Numbered from the stretch's first letter, positions 10,082 to 21,305 are shown. The stretch: 39,178 nt of DNA from an uncultured Fibrobacterota bacterium (GCA_963729895.1 CAVSQB010000040.1:1-39178), one strand, 5' to 3'. The notes: generated by a model from the letters alone, not told the origin. Translations and numbers: made by a program.

Positions 10082-13000
10082 TTATTTACCTTTGTGCGTT
10101 TCGTCAAGTTTCTTCCTGAGTTGCGCAATTTCGTCGTTGACGGTGCGGATCTGCTCGTCGAGGTCTTCGCTCTTGATACGCAGCTTTTGCACGTCGATCC
10201 GTTCCTTCTTGATGTCCGACGCGGCGAGCTCCGTTTTCTTCTGATATTCCAGAATCGCCTTTGTCACGTCCGTGCTGCTCTTGTAAGAGACCGCAGAGGT
10301 TTTTCCGGCCGGCGAAGCCGGGCCCGCTTGTGCCGGGGCAGCGGCGGATGCCTTCTTTTCCGCCGTGTCTTTGCCGGCCGAAACAGGCGCGGCGGCAGCC
10401 GCCGTGGTTTCAACGGTCCCCTGCTTCTGCGGATATTTTCCGGACGGCTTGAAATGCTGCGTGGTGTCGAGCAGCGCGGCAAACACAACGGACAGCCCCT
10501 TGAAGGTGGAATCGACGTTGATCACGTGAATGCAGATATCGTTGTCGCCGCCTTTGACAAGAGATTGTATTCCCGTTATGCTGTCAAGCTGCTGCGGGCT
10601 CCGCTTCCCCGTGGTGTCGCTTGAGGTGAGCGTGCCGTTGATGTACAGCCAGTATTTTCCGCTCACCAGGATGTAAAACATGGCGTCCCGCGGCTGTCCG
10701 GCAAGGAACAAGTGCTGCCAGGAGTAAACGTTCCGGGCTCCCGTGTCGGGATGCCATATGTAGGGAACCGTTATCCCTCCCACGGTGCGAACGAGCCCGG
10801 CAACCTCCTTCGCCTGCTGCCACCCTGCCTGCGGGATATCGTTGCTCCGCCAGCCTGCAATGCTGTCTCCGCGTATCGACCAGTCTTTCGACGTTGCCAC
10901 CACCGCGCGGCGGAACACGGCCTTTCCGTACTTTTCCGGCGAAAGCCGCGCCAGCCCGAGCATGATCTTATCTGACCATTCGCCCGGCACCATGTTTTCC
11001 TTCTTGAGAATGGAAAGCGACTCTTCGTATCCGAAGATCGCCTTGTCCTGCAATTCGTAGACGATGTCTTCGAGTTGAAACGAAAGTTCCTCTTTCTCCG
11101 CCGCCGTAAAGGTGGCCGGTATCTCGGGATCACGCAGGATTTTTTCGGCAAGTTTGTCGTATTCATTCCCGATGAGGAAGTTTATCTGTTGAAATAATGC
11201 GAGACATTTCTCGCTGTTCTCGCCTTTGAGACCAAGAGAGTCGAGCTGCTTTGCGGCGGCGAGAAAATACGACCGCGCCTGCGACTTCATGGGATCCAGC
11301 GTTTCGAGCAGCTGTTTGAGATACTGGTAATAGAACAGCGGCTTGTCCTTGATTTCGGGCGGTATCGGGGCGTTTTGCATGGCGAGGTATGAATCCATGA
11401 GGTACTGGCCGGAGGCAAGATAGTCCTTTGCGAGGGAAACCTTTGCCTTGTAGATCCACAGCTTCTGGTCGACGGTAAGGGAATCGAATCCTTTGGCGAG
11501 TTCGAGCACCTTCTTGTACGGAACAAACGATTTCTGGATAAGAAGCGCGGACGCCTGGGCCACATCCTTCTCGAGGACGGCAAGCTTTACAGGAGGCAAT
11601 TTCGGCCGTTCCTGGCCCTTCCATGCGTCGACAAAATCTTCATACATCTGGCCTATGCGGTACGCCGCCTCGAACATCCGCTGGCTCTGATACTGGATGA
11701 CCTTCTCGTACGCCTTGGTCGCCTCGGCAAGGAGCTGGGCCTTGAGCTTCTGGTCGGCCTTGAATTTTGCATCAGGTTGAACGAATTTGACGGCCGCAAA
11801 GTCTTCGCGCTTCATGTTCGCAAGGTTGTACGCGGCCTCCGATGCAAAATAGTCGTTCCGGTCCATTTTGGCTGCCGCGAGCCTTGCGTTGAGCTGCTCG
11901 GCCTGCGAAAACGAGAGCGCGGCATTGTCCCTGTCGGCCTTTTCGAGATCCACCTTCCCTATCATGTACAGCGCCTCGATCACCTTGGGACTTTGCGGAT
12001 AACGCCTGATAAAACTGCGATACGCATTGGTCGCCTTTTCGAACATGTTCGCCTTGAAATAGTATTGCGCGGACCGCAGAAGCATGGCTTCCACGTCTTT
12101 TTCCGCAGGGTACAATTGCGTGTAACGCTCGTTCGCCTCGGCCATTTTGTCGAGCTTGTTGAGCTTTTCGTAACACAGCCCCAGGTTGAACAATGCGTCT
12201 TTTGCCCTGTCGGATTCCTGGTATGAGGTCACGATCAGCTCATAGGCTTCTGCAGCCTTGTCGAACTTGTTGGCCTTTTCGTAATCGGTGGCGGCGTTGA
12301 ACAGCGCGCTCGGCGCCAGCTTGGACTGCGGGTAACTGTTCTTGAGGCGGTAATAACAATCGCAGGCCTTGATCCAGTTTTCCATTTTTTCGAACGACTC
12401 CGAGGCCTTGAACAGCACCACATCGCCGTATTCGCTCCCCGGATATTTCTCGTCTATAGCGAGAAACGCCTCGCCCGCCTTGGTAAAGGCGCCGGAGGCG
12501 AACGCCTGTTTTGCATTTGAGAATTCCGCTTGGAGCAGCAGCTTGTAGGCCTTGGTTCTTCTCGCCAGGTCCGTCGAACCTTTCCACACCTTTTCGAACG
12601 ACTGCGCCGCGAGTTCCCAGTTCTCCTTCCCGAAGTGGCATTGGCCGAGCAAAAACAGCGCCTCGTAGTAGTCCTCGTTGACGGTGCCCTTCTTGACGAT
12701 CAGGTCGTAATACTCCGCGGCGTTCGCGTACATCTTCCGGTTGAAATACACGGACGCCGCGGACAGGAGGACGGTTGCAAGGGACTTGCCGGAAGGAAAC
12801 AGCGTCTTGTAGTTGTTGACCGCCTCGATTACTTTGAGGGCGGGCGCCTCGAGCTTTCCCTCCTCGGCCGTGGTGTCGGTCGGCAGCAGCTTCTGGGCGA
12901 TGGCAACGGCATTGAGCGCGGCCTGCTCGCGCCGCCCGGCGTCGGCGGTTGTGATCGCGCTGAACTTGAGGTATTCGTCGTAGGCCTGAGTGCCTTTGTC

Positions 13001-15880
13001 AAGTTTAGTGTCGAGAATCACCGCAAGATTCCAGAGCGCATCGGTGGCGCGCTTGTCGTGCGGATACTTTTCCACCACCTCGCGGTAGTATTTGGCGGCG
13101 GAGGCGTAGCCCGCCGGATCTTTCTTCGCGTCGGCGCCCCGATAACTCGCATCAGACAAGTACAGACCCATGGACACCGCGATCGAATCGACCCGAGGAA
13201 TAAGAAGCGAATCGCGCTTCCACACCAATTCCTGCCACTGCCCCCCCTTGGCATACTGGGTAAAGAACGTTTCGCGCTCCTTCTGGGCGCTGTCGGGCTT
13301 GTTCATAAGCTCGTACACCTTGATGAGATTGACTTGCGCGTCTGGAGCCGCGATACTCTGCGGGTATTCCGCCAGCAGACGTTTGTAGGCGCGGACGGCG
13401 GCGGGGTAGTCGAGGTCTTCGGTGCGGAGTTCGGCGATGCGCTTGAGCACCATGGCGGCATAATCGACGTTGCCGATGAGCTGCAGGAACTTCACCGCAT
13501 CGTCCATCCGGCTTTCTTCGTCAAAGCTGATGGCGATGTAGTCGATGGCCTCGTCCCGCAGGAGGGGGTTGGTAACCTGCTTCTTTTCGTCGACCTTGGT
13601 GACGTCGAAATCGAGGGCAACTTCCTCAACAAGGTATTTGAACACCGCAATGGCCTCGTCGTACTTGTCCTGCATGTAGTAGCACCAGCCCAGGCTATAC
13701 AAAGCGGAAACAAACTGGGGATGGTCTCGGTAGTAGAGCACCTTGTGATAGGTTTCTTCGGCGAGCTTATAGCCGTTGCCGCCCTGGATTTTCGGGTGTT
13801 CGAAGTAGTAGCGGGCGATGTTCATGTTCGCCTCAACGTAGTATTCGCTCTCCGGATAATTGTTGGTGAGCTCGATCAGCGCGTCGTTCGCCTTGTCGTA
13901 CTCGCCGATTTTCTGAAGGGAAAGCGCCTTGTAAAACAGCGCGGCCGGCGCGAGCGGATCGCGGGGATACAGGCGGACGGTGTTATCGTAGGTTTCTATC
14001 ACTTTCTTGAGATCGTATTCCGGAAACACCAGACGGGCGGTGTCCTTGCTTTCCGCCATTTTCTTCTCGTAGGCGCGAAGCTTTACGTCGAAATCGTCTG
14101 CCGATTGGTCGAAATACAGCTCGGCGAGCCGGAACAGCAGTTGGGGAATGTACTTGCTTTGCGGATACACATATTGCATGGAGGCGATGTGGGAAATCAG
14201 CATCGTGCGGTCTTCAACCAGTGAGCGCTGCAGTTTGTCGATGTCGGAGGCGGTGAACAGCTTCGCCACGGAGCTGCTTTTCCGGGACACCGTGTCTTTG
14301 GGCGCCTTCTTCTGCGCCCTGTCCATGATCTCCTTGTTCATGTTCGCCAGTTCGACCTTCTTGTCCTGGTACCGCAAAAAAGCCCAGTCGACGAATTTCG
14401 CCTGGAGGTTCTCGTCGGCCTGGCGACGGCCCTGGATTTCGCCGAGGCATTCCTTGAGGACAAGCTGCTCTTCCCGCACCACGCTGCCGTAGCGGGTCTT
14501 TGCGGTGTCGAGATCGGTTGAGGCCTGCCGCAGGAGTCGTGCCAGAGACGAATCGCCGGGGGTTGCCTCGGTCTTTGTCCTGAGGCTGTCCACCAGCTTG
14601 CCCGCAAGGCCCAGCGTATCGTGCAGCTTGTCCGATTTGTCCTTGAGGATGTCGAGATACCGCCGCTCGGCAAGTCCCGGTATTCCATCGCCGCCCTTCT
14701 TTGAGGTGATGACCCCTATGTCGAACAGCAAGTCGCGGTACTTCTGGCCCAGCGTGTTGAGTTTGTCGACGTTCTGGCGGCCGGTGGCGAGCAACTGGTC
14801 GTTCTTCTGCTGGATCGCCCGGAATTCGATAACTTGCCATATGCGAACCATGTCCGACACGCGACTCAGTTCGTCGTATATCTCGAAGGAAAGCCGTGCG
14901 GTCTTGAGTTGCCGGTAGATGAGCCCCTGCATCCGCTCCGCGTTGGCTTTGTCTTTGAGTTTGGTGTAGGCCTGTTCGAGGATCGAAACCATTTCAAAGA
15001 AGTAGTCGTTGGTCTTGTTTTTCTGGATGAATGTTTTGGCGACGTCGCGCGCCTTGTCGAATTTTCCCATTTCCAGGTAGGAACGCGACATCTTGACCAC
15101 GGCGTAGAAGTACCGCTTTGCCTTTCGCGGCACTTTCTCGTAGAACTGCAGCGCGGTCTGGTATTGTCCTTTGTTGAAGTAGATGTCGGCCATGAGAATG
15201 GTGGCCTCGTATGCGATATCCGGGGACGAAGCGCTTTTCCTCACGAATTCGAGAATGAGCAGGGACTTTTCCCATTCTTTTCTCTGAACGTGGCACAGGG
15301 CGATGAGGAACTGTGCCTGCAGGTACTGCGATGACCGGGGAGAAATCTGCGACAGCATCTGGATCGCCTCATCGTACCGTTCCTGGCCGTACCGCAGCTT
15401 CGCCGTTATGTACAGCACCGGGGAAAACAGCGGCGACATGCGGTAGCGCTGCTGAAAGTAGGTGCAGATGGTATCCGCGAGGAGCGTGTCGCGTTCGTTG
15501 CAGGCGTACTGAAGCAATCTGAAGTAGCTCGGCGCCACTTTGTCGCTTGCCGGGAACTTCCTGGTTATGTGGCGGTACGACTCCACGGCGAGATCGCGTA
15601 ACTTGAGTTGGCGGTAACATTCCCCCAGGGCGAAGTAGATGAAATCGAGGCGCCCGTCGGGAAGATTCAGGTCCCGGAGGTTTTCGAGGACGCGGACCGC
15701 AAGCTGGTAATTTCCGACTTTGTAATAGTCGAACGCCTTCTTGTAGTCCTGCGGCAGCACAACGGACGTCTGCCTCAGCAAGACATAGTCTTTGTCAAGC
15801 TCGTTGTCGAACAGCCATTCGACGTCTGCCGCGGCGGCGATCCCGGCCGCAGCCAGCACACAAAGAAGAACGCGTCGCAT
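10082..15880 (-). CDS. Very large secreted TPR protein (about 1930 aa) with C-terminal beta-sandwich domain and coiled coil
   Basis: Signal peptide MRRVLLCVLAAAGIAAA and dozens of TPR units ending in YP.S. The start overlaps the upstream stop (TGATG). Confidence 0.88.
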   Translation of the reverse strand: MRRVLLCVLAAAGIAAAADVEWLFDNELDKDYVLLRQTSVVLPQDYKKAFDYYKVGNYQLAVRVLENLRDLNLPDGRLDFIYFALGECYRQLKLRDLAVESYRHITRKFPASDKVAPSYFRLLQYACNERDTLLADTICTYFQQRYRMSPLFSPVLYITAKLRYGQERYDEAIQMLSQISPRSSQYLQAQFLIALCHVQRKEWEKSLLILEFVRKSASSPDIAYEATILMADIYFNKGQYQTALQFYEKVPRKAKRYFYAVVKMSRSYLEMGKFDKARDVAKTFIQKNKTNDYFFEMVSILEQAYTKLKDKANAERMQGLIYRQLKTARLSFEIYDELSRVSDMVRIWQVIEFRAIQQKNDQLLATGRQNVDKLNTLGQKYRDLLFDIGVITSKKGGDGIPGLAERRYLDILKDKSDKLHDTLGLAGKLVDSLRTKTEATPGDSSLARLLRQASTDLDTAKTRYGSVVREEQLVLKECLGEIQGRRQADENLQAKFVDWAFLRYQDKKVELANMNKEIMDRAQKKAPKDTVSRKSSSVAKLFTASDIDKLQRSLVEDRTMLISHIASMQYVYPQSKYIPQLLFRLAELYFDQSADDFDVKLRAYEKKMAESKDTARLVFPEYDLKKVIETYDNTVRLYPRDPLAPAALFYKALSLQKIGEYDKANDALIELTNNYPESEYYVEANMNIARYYFEHPKIQGGNGYKLAEETYHKVLYYRDHPQFVSALYSLGWCYYMQDKYDEAIAVFKYLVEEVALDFDVTKVDEKKQVTNPLLRDEAIDYIAISFDEESRMDDAVKFLQLIGNVDYAAMVLKRIAELRTEDLDYPAAVRAYKRLLAEYPQSIAAPDAQVNLIKVYELMNKPDSAQKERETFFTQYAKGGQWQELVWKRDSLLIPRVDSIAVSMGLYLSDASYRGADAKKDPAGYASAAKYYREVVEKYPHDKRATDALWNLAVILDTKLDKGTQAYDEYLKFSAITTADAGRREQAALNAVAIAQKLLPTDTTAEEGKLEAPALKVIEAVNNYKTLFPSGKSLATVLLSAASVYFNRKMYANAAEYYDLIVKKGTVNEDYYEALFLLGQCHFGKENWELAAQSFEKVWKGSTDLARRTKAYKLLLQAEFSNAKQAFASGAFTKAGEAFLAIDEKYPGSEYGDVVLFKASESFEKMENWIKACDCYYRLKNSYPQSKLAPSALFNAATDYEKANKFDKAAEAYELIVTSYQESDRAKDALFNLGLCYEKLNKLDKMAEANERYTQLYPAEKDVEAMLLRSAQYYFKANMFEKATNAYRSFIRRYPQSPKVIEALYMIGKVDLEKADRDNAALSFSQAEQLNARLAAAKMDRNDYFASEAAYNLANMKREDFAAVKFVQPDAKFKADQKLKAQLLAEATKAYEKVIQYQSQRMFEAAYRIGQMYEDFVDAWKGQERPKLPPVKLAVLEKDVAQASALLIQKSFVPYKKVLELAKGFDSLTVDQKLWIYKAKVSLAKDYLASGQYLMDSYLAMQNAPIPPEIKDKPLFYYQYLKQLLETLDPMKSQARSYFLAAAKQLDSLGLKGENSEKCLALFQQINFLIGNEYDKLAEKILRDPEIPATFTAAEKEELSFQLEDIVYELQDKAIFGYEESLSILKKENMVPGEWSDKIMLGLARLSPEKYGKAVFRRAVVATSKDWSIRGDSIAGWRSNDIPQAGWQQAKEVAGLVRTVGGITVPYIWHPDTGARNVYSWQHLFLAGQPRDAMFYILVSGKYWLYINGTLTSSDTTGKRSPQQLDSITGIQSLVKGGDNDICIHVINVDSTFKGLSVVFAALLDTTQHFKPSGKYPQKQGTVETTAAAAAPVSAGKDTAEKKASAAAPAQAGPASPAGKTSAVSYKSSTDVTKAILEYQKKTELAASDIKKERIDVQKLRIKSEDLDEQIRTVNDEIAQLRKKLDETHKGK

Positions 15881-18800
15881 CACTTGCAGCATCGGAACCC
15901 GACCTCGGGCGATTTAAGGCCGACGCCGCCCTCGGAAGAGAGGAAGCAGTCGGCAGCCTCGCCGAACCTGAATGATCCGCCCAGCATGAGCGGATAATCG
16001 CCCTTCTTGTCCTCGGTCCATTCCCATACGTTTCCCACCATGTCGCGGGCGCCCCCGGGCTCGCCGCACTGCGGGAACGACCCGGATTTATATTCGGCGC
16101 TGCCTTCGGCGGGACATTTTCCCGGCGCGTATTTCTGGCCGTAAGGATACGCGGTCTTCCTGGTTGTACGGCATGCGGCCCTCCATTCCTCCCGGGAGCA
16201 GAGGCGCTTCCCCGCATCCATGCAGGAGATCTTGGCCTGAACCCATGACACCATGGTCATCGGTTTCTGTCCGGCGATATTGGGCCATTCGTAGGTGTCG
16301 ATGCAGAAGGTTGTTCCGCGGTCGAGCGCGACGGATGCCATGCCCGGCGGGCACAACTGGCGTACAAGGACCTCTTTTGTCAACGAAGCTGTGTGGTGCG
16401 CCTCGTCGCGCACTTCGAGCGTTACCCGCGCCCTGCCGCTTGACGTGAAGGTATGCGAGGCCCTGGGTGACGTGGAGAAACCGGTCTCGAAGACGCCGTC
16501 GCCGTTGAAATCCCACCTGAAATTGAGCCTGTCTTTGGGCGTTTCCATGTCGAGAGACGCCGATGCATCGAATACCACCGTGGCGCCCTGGTTGACGTCG
16601 CCGGGCAACCAGGTGAACGCCGGCGACGGGGGCAGGTCTATCAGGTAGACGAACGTATCCACCGGACCGCGAAAGCCGGACGCATCGACGGCAAAGGCCA
16701 TGATCGTATCGGACGATACGAGGGTAATCGGACGCGCGAATACCGCGGAATCCATGGTGGGAACGCGTCCATGCCTGGCATAATGGACCACGCCCTTGCC
16801 GTCGAACGTGTTGAGGTTGATGGAAAGTACGCGGTCGTAGACCCGGCCGGGCCCCGCCGGTATGTCCGGCACGGCGGCCGGTTTGAACACGTCGAGCACG
16901 CGGATGGGACTCTGGTTCCCCGCGGCATCCTCGGCGAAGAAGGCCAGCCGCACATCATCTCTCCGCTGTATGCTTATACGTCCGCTCGACACATGAAACT
17001 TGTCCCCTGCCGTTTTTGCCGTGCTTGAGGAAGCGGGATTGGTGCCGTCAAGCGTATAGTAGATGGTGGCGTTCTTTGAGCATTCGAAAAACACCGTCAC
17101 GGAATCCTTGTTTCCCTTTTTGACAATGACGTCGGTGAACGGCGGGGTAAGATCGAGAGTAAATTCGCTTCTCCGCAGCGGGCTCACGAGCCCGTTCTGG
17201 CCTATGGAATAATATTCCAGCGTGTAGACCCCTTCCCTGGAGAGATACACGGAATCCTTGAACACGGTGAACGACGTATCCGGCAGCAGACGCCAGTAGA
17301 CCGCGCTCCCGGGATTGCACCAGAACGCGGCCTTTACCGGACTCCGGTGCACGCCGCCTTCGGGCACCACGGAGACGATGGGCTTTTTGAGATCGTCCAT
17401 CAATTTTGTTTCGCTCCGGTTGCCCGCCTTGTCAACCGCAAAGTAACGCAGGACCTGTCCCATGCGCATCTGAATCTTATCTTTGAACACAGGGGACGTT
17501 TCGCCCGGCGTGCCGTCGATCTCGTACCGGACCACGGCCTCTTTGTCGGGCGTAAGCGTGATAAGAAACAGGTTCTGGCGCGCGTCTTCTTCGACGCGCA
17601 CCGTCACAAACGGCGGTTTGGTGTCGATAACGTAGTCGGCGTGAAGCTCCGGGCTCACGTTGCCGGCATCGTCAACGGCAATGACGCGAAGCACCGTGGT
17701 TCCCTCTTTGCTGATCGGAATGCCGTCCTTATACAAATTGGAGGTCTCCAGCGGCGCTGTGCCGTCGAGGGTGTAGAAAACCGAAGCAGGCTTGTTTGCG
17801 GTGACATACACCCGAAAAGCACCCCGATAGCTGCCCGACTGTTTTGAAAGCGCCGGCACCGGAGGCGTTCTGTCGTACTTGTATTCCCATTCGAGCAATT
17901 CGGAACGGTTGCCGGCAAGGTCTTTGGCCACGGCCCTGAGCGTGCACTTGCCTTTTCTCGGCACAACAACCGGCAGCATGTACACGGGGCTTGCATCGGT
18001 GGGAAAGGTGCCGTCGAGGGTGTACCGGATGCTGGTCGGCTTCCTGGTGGTAAGAACAAGGGTGTCGAACGCGGGGCCCTGGTTCTGCTCAAAACGTATC
18101 TTGGGCGGCACCGTGTCGACCACGTAGGTGCTCTTCATGATCTCGGATTCCCACCCCGTGGAATTCCTGCCGTAGAAACGAACGATGGTGTTCCCGTAGG
18201 GAAGCGCGACCGGCTTCTCGTAGCGCATGAATAACCGGGGAGGAGCCGAGGGATCGAAGGTAAAAAAGATGTCGGCGGGCGGATTGGACGTAAACGAAAC
18301 CTCTTGTTGCGAGCCGTAAATACCTTCCCTGGGCCGGATATCGACACGAACGGTGGCGGAATCAACCACGTAAGTCAGTTTCCTGCTGAACGTGGTGTTT
18401 CCCGCCTTGTCGATGGCCGCGAAATAGCCGCTGAGGGAATCCTTCACCACGATGGAATCCGCAACCGGCCTTGATTTGTGCGCGGTATCGATGAGGGAAG
18501 GATAGAACAGGAACGTGCAGGGTTTGTCGGCGCTGCAGCGTACGGTGATTGCGGAACGATACCGTCCCGGTTCGGGCGACACCACGATCTGCGGCAGCCG
18601 CGAATCGAGTATATATACGGCGGAATCAATGGAGGATTTGTTTCCCATAAGGTCTTCGCCGTAGAAGTACACACGCGTCGTTCCTTCTTCCATGACCGTA
18701 ACCGGGTCCCGGTATTGCGCCATTTCTTTCGCGCCGCCCGACGGCGATACCACGCGGTACCAGAATGTTGCCTGCTTGTTCGCTTTGAACATGACCTGGA

Positions 18801-18942
18801 AAATGGAATGATGATACGTCTCCTGGGGCTGGATGCGGACAACCGGAGCCAGCGTGTCGAGCCACGAAGGAATGGTGTCGCTCTTTGCAAACACCCCCGT
18901 GAATGCCGCCGCGCAGAACAGAATTGCCAGCCGTGGTTTCAC
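15880..18942 (-). CDS. Secreted protein with chitobiase/beta-hexosaminidase C-terminal (FN3-associated) repeats, PKD and FGE-sulfatase domains
   Basis: GTG at 18942 overlaps the upstream stop (GTGA) and gives the signal peptide VKPRLAILFCAAAFTGVFA. Repeated YTLDGT.P...AVD.AGN units, PKD motif WDFNGDG, FGE motifs DMVGNVWEWT and GFRCC. Confidence 0.85.
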   Translation of the reverse strand: MKPRLAILFCAAAFTGVFAKSDTIPSWLDTLAPVVRIQPQETYHHSIFQVMFKANKQATFWYRVVSPSGGAKEMAQYRDPVTVMEEGTTRVYFYGEDLMGNKSSIDSAVYILDSRLPQIVVSPEPGRYRSAITVRCSADKPCTFLFYPSLIDTAHKSRPVADSIVVKDSLSGYFAAIDKAGNTTFSRKLTYVVDSATVRVDIRPREGIYGSQQEVSFTSNPPADIFFTFDPSAPPRLFMRYEKPVALPYGNTIVRFYGRNSTGWESEIMKSTYVVDTVPPKIRFEQNQGPAFDTLVLTTRKPTSIRYTLDGTFPTDASPVYMLPVVVPRKGKCTLRAVAKDLAGNRSELLEWEYKYDRTPPVPALSKQSGSYRGAFRVYVTANKPASVFYTLDGTAPLETSNLYKDGIPISKEGTTVLRVIAVDDAGNVSPELHADYVIDTKPPFVTVRVEEDARQNLFLITLTPDKEAVVRYEIDGTPGETSPVFKDKIQMRMGQVLRYFAVDKAGNRSETKLMDDLKKPIVSVVPEGGVHRSPVKAAFWCNPGSAVYWRLLPDTSFTVFKDSVYLSREGVYTLEYYSIGQNGLVSPLRRSEFTLDLTPPFTDVIVKKGNKDSVTVFFECSKNATIYYTLDGTNPASSSTAKTAGDKFHVSSGRISIQRRDDVRLAFFAEDAAGNQSPIRVLDVFKPAAVPDIPAGPGRVYDRVLSINLNTFDGKGVVHYARHGRVPTMDSAVFARPITLVSSDTIMAFAVDASGFRGPVDTFVYLIDLPPSPAFTWLPGDVNQGATVVFDASASLDMETPKDRLNFRWDFNGDGVFETGFSTSPRASHTFTSSGRARVTLEVRDEAHHTASLTKEVLVRQLCPPGMASVALDRGTTFCIDTYEWPNIAGQKPMTMVSWVQAKISCMDAGKRLCSREEWRAACRTTRKTAYPYGQKYAPGKCPAEGSAEYKSGSFPQCGEPGGARDMVGNVWEWTEDKKGDYPLMLGGSFRFGEAADCFLSSEGGVGLKSPEVGFRCCK

Positions 18943-21068
18943 TGGTCGGCCTTTTCCATGAGTTGGTTCAGCTTCGTTTTCATGACCGGATCTGTCGCTT
19001 TTGACAACGCCGCCCGCCACTGGTCCCTCGCCAGTTCGGGGCGCCGTTCGCAGTTCATATAGATGAGGCCCATCAAATATTCCGGTTCCGGGTTTGCCGG
19101 GCCCAGCTCCAGCGCTTTTTTCAAATAGGAGATCGCGCTCTCGTACCCGGCGCCGCCCTTGAATTGAAACATATCGTACATGGTTCTTCCCATGCCCAGA
19201 AAACCTTCCGCGTCGCTTGCATAATCGTTGATGATGGCCTGGTACTTCATGACGGCAACTTCGTACCAGCCCATCCTCCGGTACACGTCCGCCTGCACGA
19301 GGAGAACCTTCTTTTCGGCAGGATGATCCGCAAGGAACGCTTCGAGCGGGTCCACCGCGTCCTTGAACTCGCCGAGTTTGATCAGCAGCGCCGTCATCGT
19401 GACAAGAGCGTCGGCATCGTGCGGAGAAAGTTCGAGCAGGCGCCGGTAGTACGTCACGGCATCCTGGTCTTTGCCTCTCTTTTCCGCCAGGGAAGCCAGG
19501 TTTTCCAGCACATCGGCCCGCCCGGGAGACAGCAAGCGCAGGGCTTCGAGCGAGGCCTCCGCATCGCCCCACCTGCCCAGGGAAAGATAGGCGTTGGCAA
19601 GGTTGGAAAGGACCGATTCGTTCCGTGCGCCCGCCCGGTCCGCTTTTTTGTATTCGTCAAGTGCCTTCCCTACATTTCCATTCACGTAGAGAATGTTGCC
19701 TTCGTTGTTGAGGGCCGACTGCACGTTTGTGCCCATGCGCGCCGCTTTTTCGAGGAGCCTGTTGGCGTCATCCAGTTTGCCTTGGTGCCAGGCGAGTACG
19801 CCGAGATTCACGTAGATGTCCGGAAGGTCCGCGTTGAGGTCCTGCGCATGTGCAAGCACCTGACGGGCCTTGTCGTACCATGCCAGATCGATATACGTTT
19901 GCGCCAAATTCACCAGGACGGGGATATTATCGGGGTAATTCCTGGCGCCGTATTCGAGAACGCGCGACGCATCCATCAGGAGCCCGCATCTCCTGTACGA
20001 TGCCCCGAGCAGCGCGTAGAACCGCGGGAAGTCGGGCCGGTACTTGACAAGCCGGTTGAACACGTCGCAGGCCTGCGAAAACCGGCCCGTTACCATGCAG
20101 GCCTTCCCAAGCTCGAAGTCGGCGTCGAGGTCCGAGGGGCCCCGCGCGACGGCGCGCGTGAGCATTGCAACGGCGCGCTGCGCTTCGCCGGCGGCGAGCA
20201 GCGACTTTCCCATTGCCGCCATGCCGGCGGCGGTTTGTTCGAGCACCGCCCGGTTCTTCTTGACAAAGTCGGAAGACCTGGCGAGGAGGTCGTGTGCAAC
20301 GTAGAAGTCGGCAGCGGCCGCCGCCACGAGAGGGTCGCCGTTTGCGGCCGAGACCGCCCGGTCGAACAGCGGCCTCGCCTTGTCGACGGCGCCGGACCTG
20401 CTGAACAGCCGGGCCATGCGGCACAGCGCCTGCGCAAAAGACGGGTCGAGTTCCACGGCCCGCGCGTAGCTGGTAATCGCGGCGGGAGCATTGTTGCGCA
20501 TCTCGTAGCCGTACCCGGCCAGATACGTTTCATAGGCCTGCGCACTCCGGGAAACAGGCCGCCTGAGCGACTGGTAGTCTTCTTTTGTCAATGACCAGCC
20601 GGCCAGCGACGCATACTGCGTGAACGCGGAGAAGCAGAGTTGGGCAAGGGAATCCAGGGAGGCGCCGAGGGCAATGACTTTCTTTACCGGCGCGCCGTTG
20701 CGGAGAATCAGCGTGCGGAGTTCGCAGGCGATCCTGCCGTTGACAACCGAATAGGCGCCCCCGCACGCGGCGTCCCATTCCCACCGCAGCCGGTTCATCC
20801 TGAGGGCGCTGTCGGATTCCATGGTCCATCCCGCGGAGTCAACGGGGAATAGAAACGTCGGCTCCAGCACCTGCACGTCGGGATGCACCTGCATATGCCG
20901 CGAAAAGTACTCGGGAACGATCGACCCGAGCCAGTCGAGGGTCTTGTCCTGCGCTTTATTAACCAAAGGGAAAACCGCTATTTTTGCGACCCCGAAGCAG
21001 GGTCCTTGGGCCACGAGAAGGAGCGTCATCAATGCGGGGATACAGTGAATTCTTGTTCGCAGACCCAT
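18939..21068 (-). CDS. Secreted TPR protein with TolB-N/CsgG-like N-terminal domain
   Basis: Signal peptide, then KIAVFPLVN...DWLG, followed by many TPR repeats. Confidence 0.82.
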   Translation of the reverse strand: MGLRTRIHCIPALMTLLLVAQGPCFGVAKIAVFPLVNKAQDKTLDWLGSIVPEYFSRHMQVHPDVQVLEPTFLFPVDSAGWTMESDSALRMNRLRWEWDAACGGAYSVVNGRIACELRTLILRNGAPVKKVIALGASLDSLAQLCFSAFTQYASLAGWSLTKEDYQSLRRPVSRSAQAYETYLAGYGYEMRNNAPAAITSYARAVELDPSFAQALCRMARLFSRSGAVDKARPLFDRAVSAANGDPLVAAAAADFYVAHDLLARSSDFVKKNRAVLEQTAAGMAAMGKSLLAAGEAQRAVAMLTRAVARGPSDLDADFELGKACMVTGRFSQACDVFNRLVKYRPDFPRFYALLGASYRRCGLLMDASRVLEYGARNYPDNIPVLVNLAQTYIDLAWYDKARQVLAHAQDLNADLPDIYVNLGVLAWHQGKLDDANRLLEKAARMGTNVQSALNNEGNILYVNGNVGKALDEYKKADRAGARNESVLSNLANAYLSLGRWGDAEASLEALRLLSPGRADVLENLASLAEKRGKDQDAVTYYRRLLELSPHDADALVTMTALLIKLGEFKDAVDPLEAFLADHPAEKKVLLVQADVYRRMGWYEVAVMKYQAIINDYASDAEGFLGMGRTMYDMFQFKGGAGYESAISYLKKALELGPANPEPEYLMGLIYMNCERRPELARDQWRAALSKATDPVMKTKLNQLMEKADQ

Positions 21069-21305
21069 GATAAACATAAAAATAAGATATTGAAATCATA
21101 ATAGATGAATAAATTGAAGAAAACCTCCGGAATCACGAATTCGTTGCGCCGCAAGGAGTTGTTTCCCGGTTTACGCGGACAACAAATCAAACATGTATCA
21201 AATGAACTTCACTATTACCAACAGCGACTATACCGGTAGATGGAACTATGATTGAGGGCCCGGAAAGCTTGAAGAGCAATGACGAGAAATTAACAACGAT
21301 TCTTG

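Noticed and set aside
15880..16350. C-terminal FGE-sulfatase (C-type lectin fold) domain as a DGR target
   Set aside because: No reverse transcriptase and no template repeat are seen in the window.
18943..19572. N-terminal 210 aa of the 1230-aa ORF
   Set aside because: It overlaps the TPR gene in another frame. A signal peptide begins at GTG 18942, coupled to the upstream stop.
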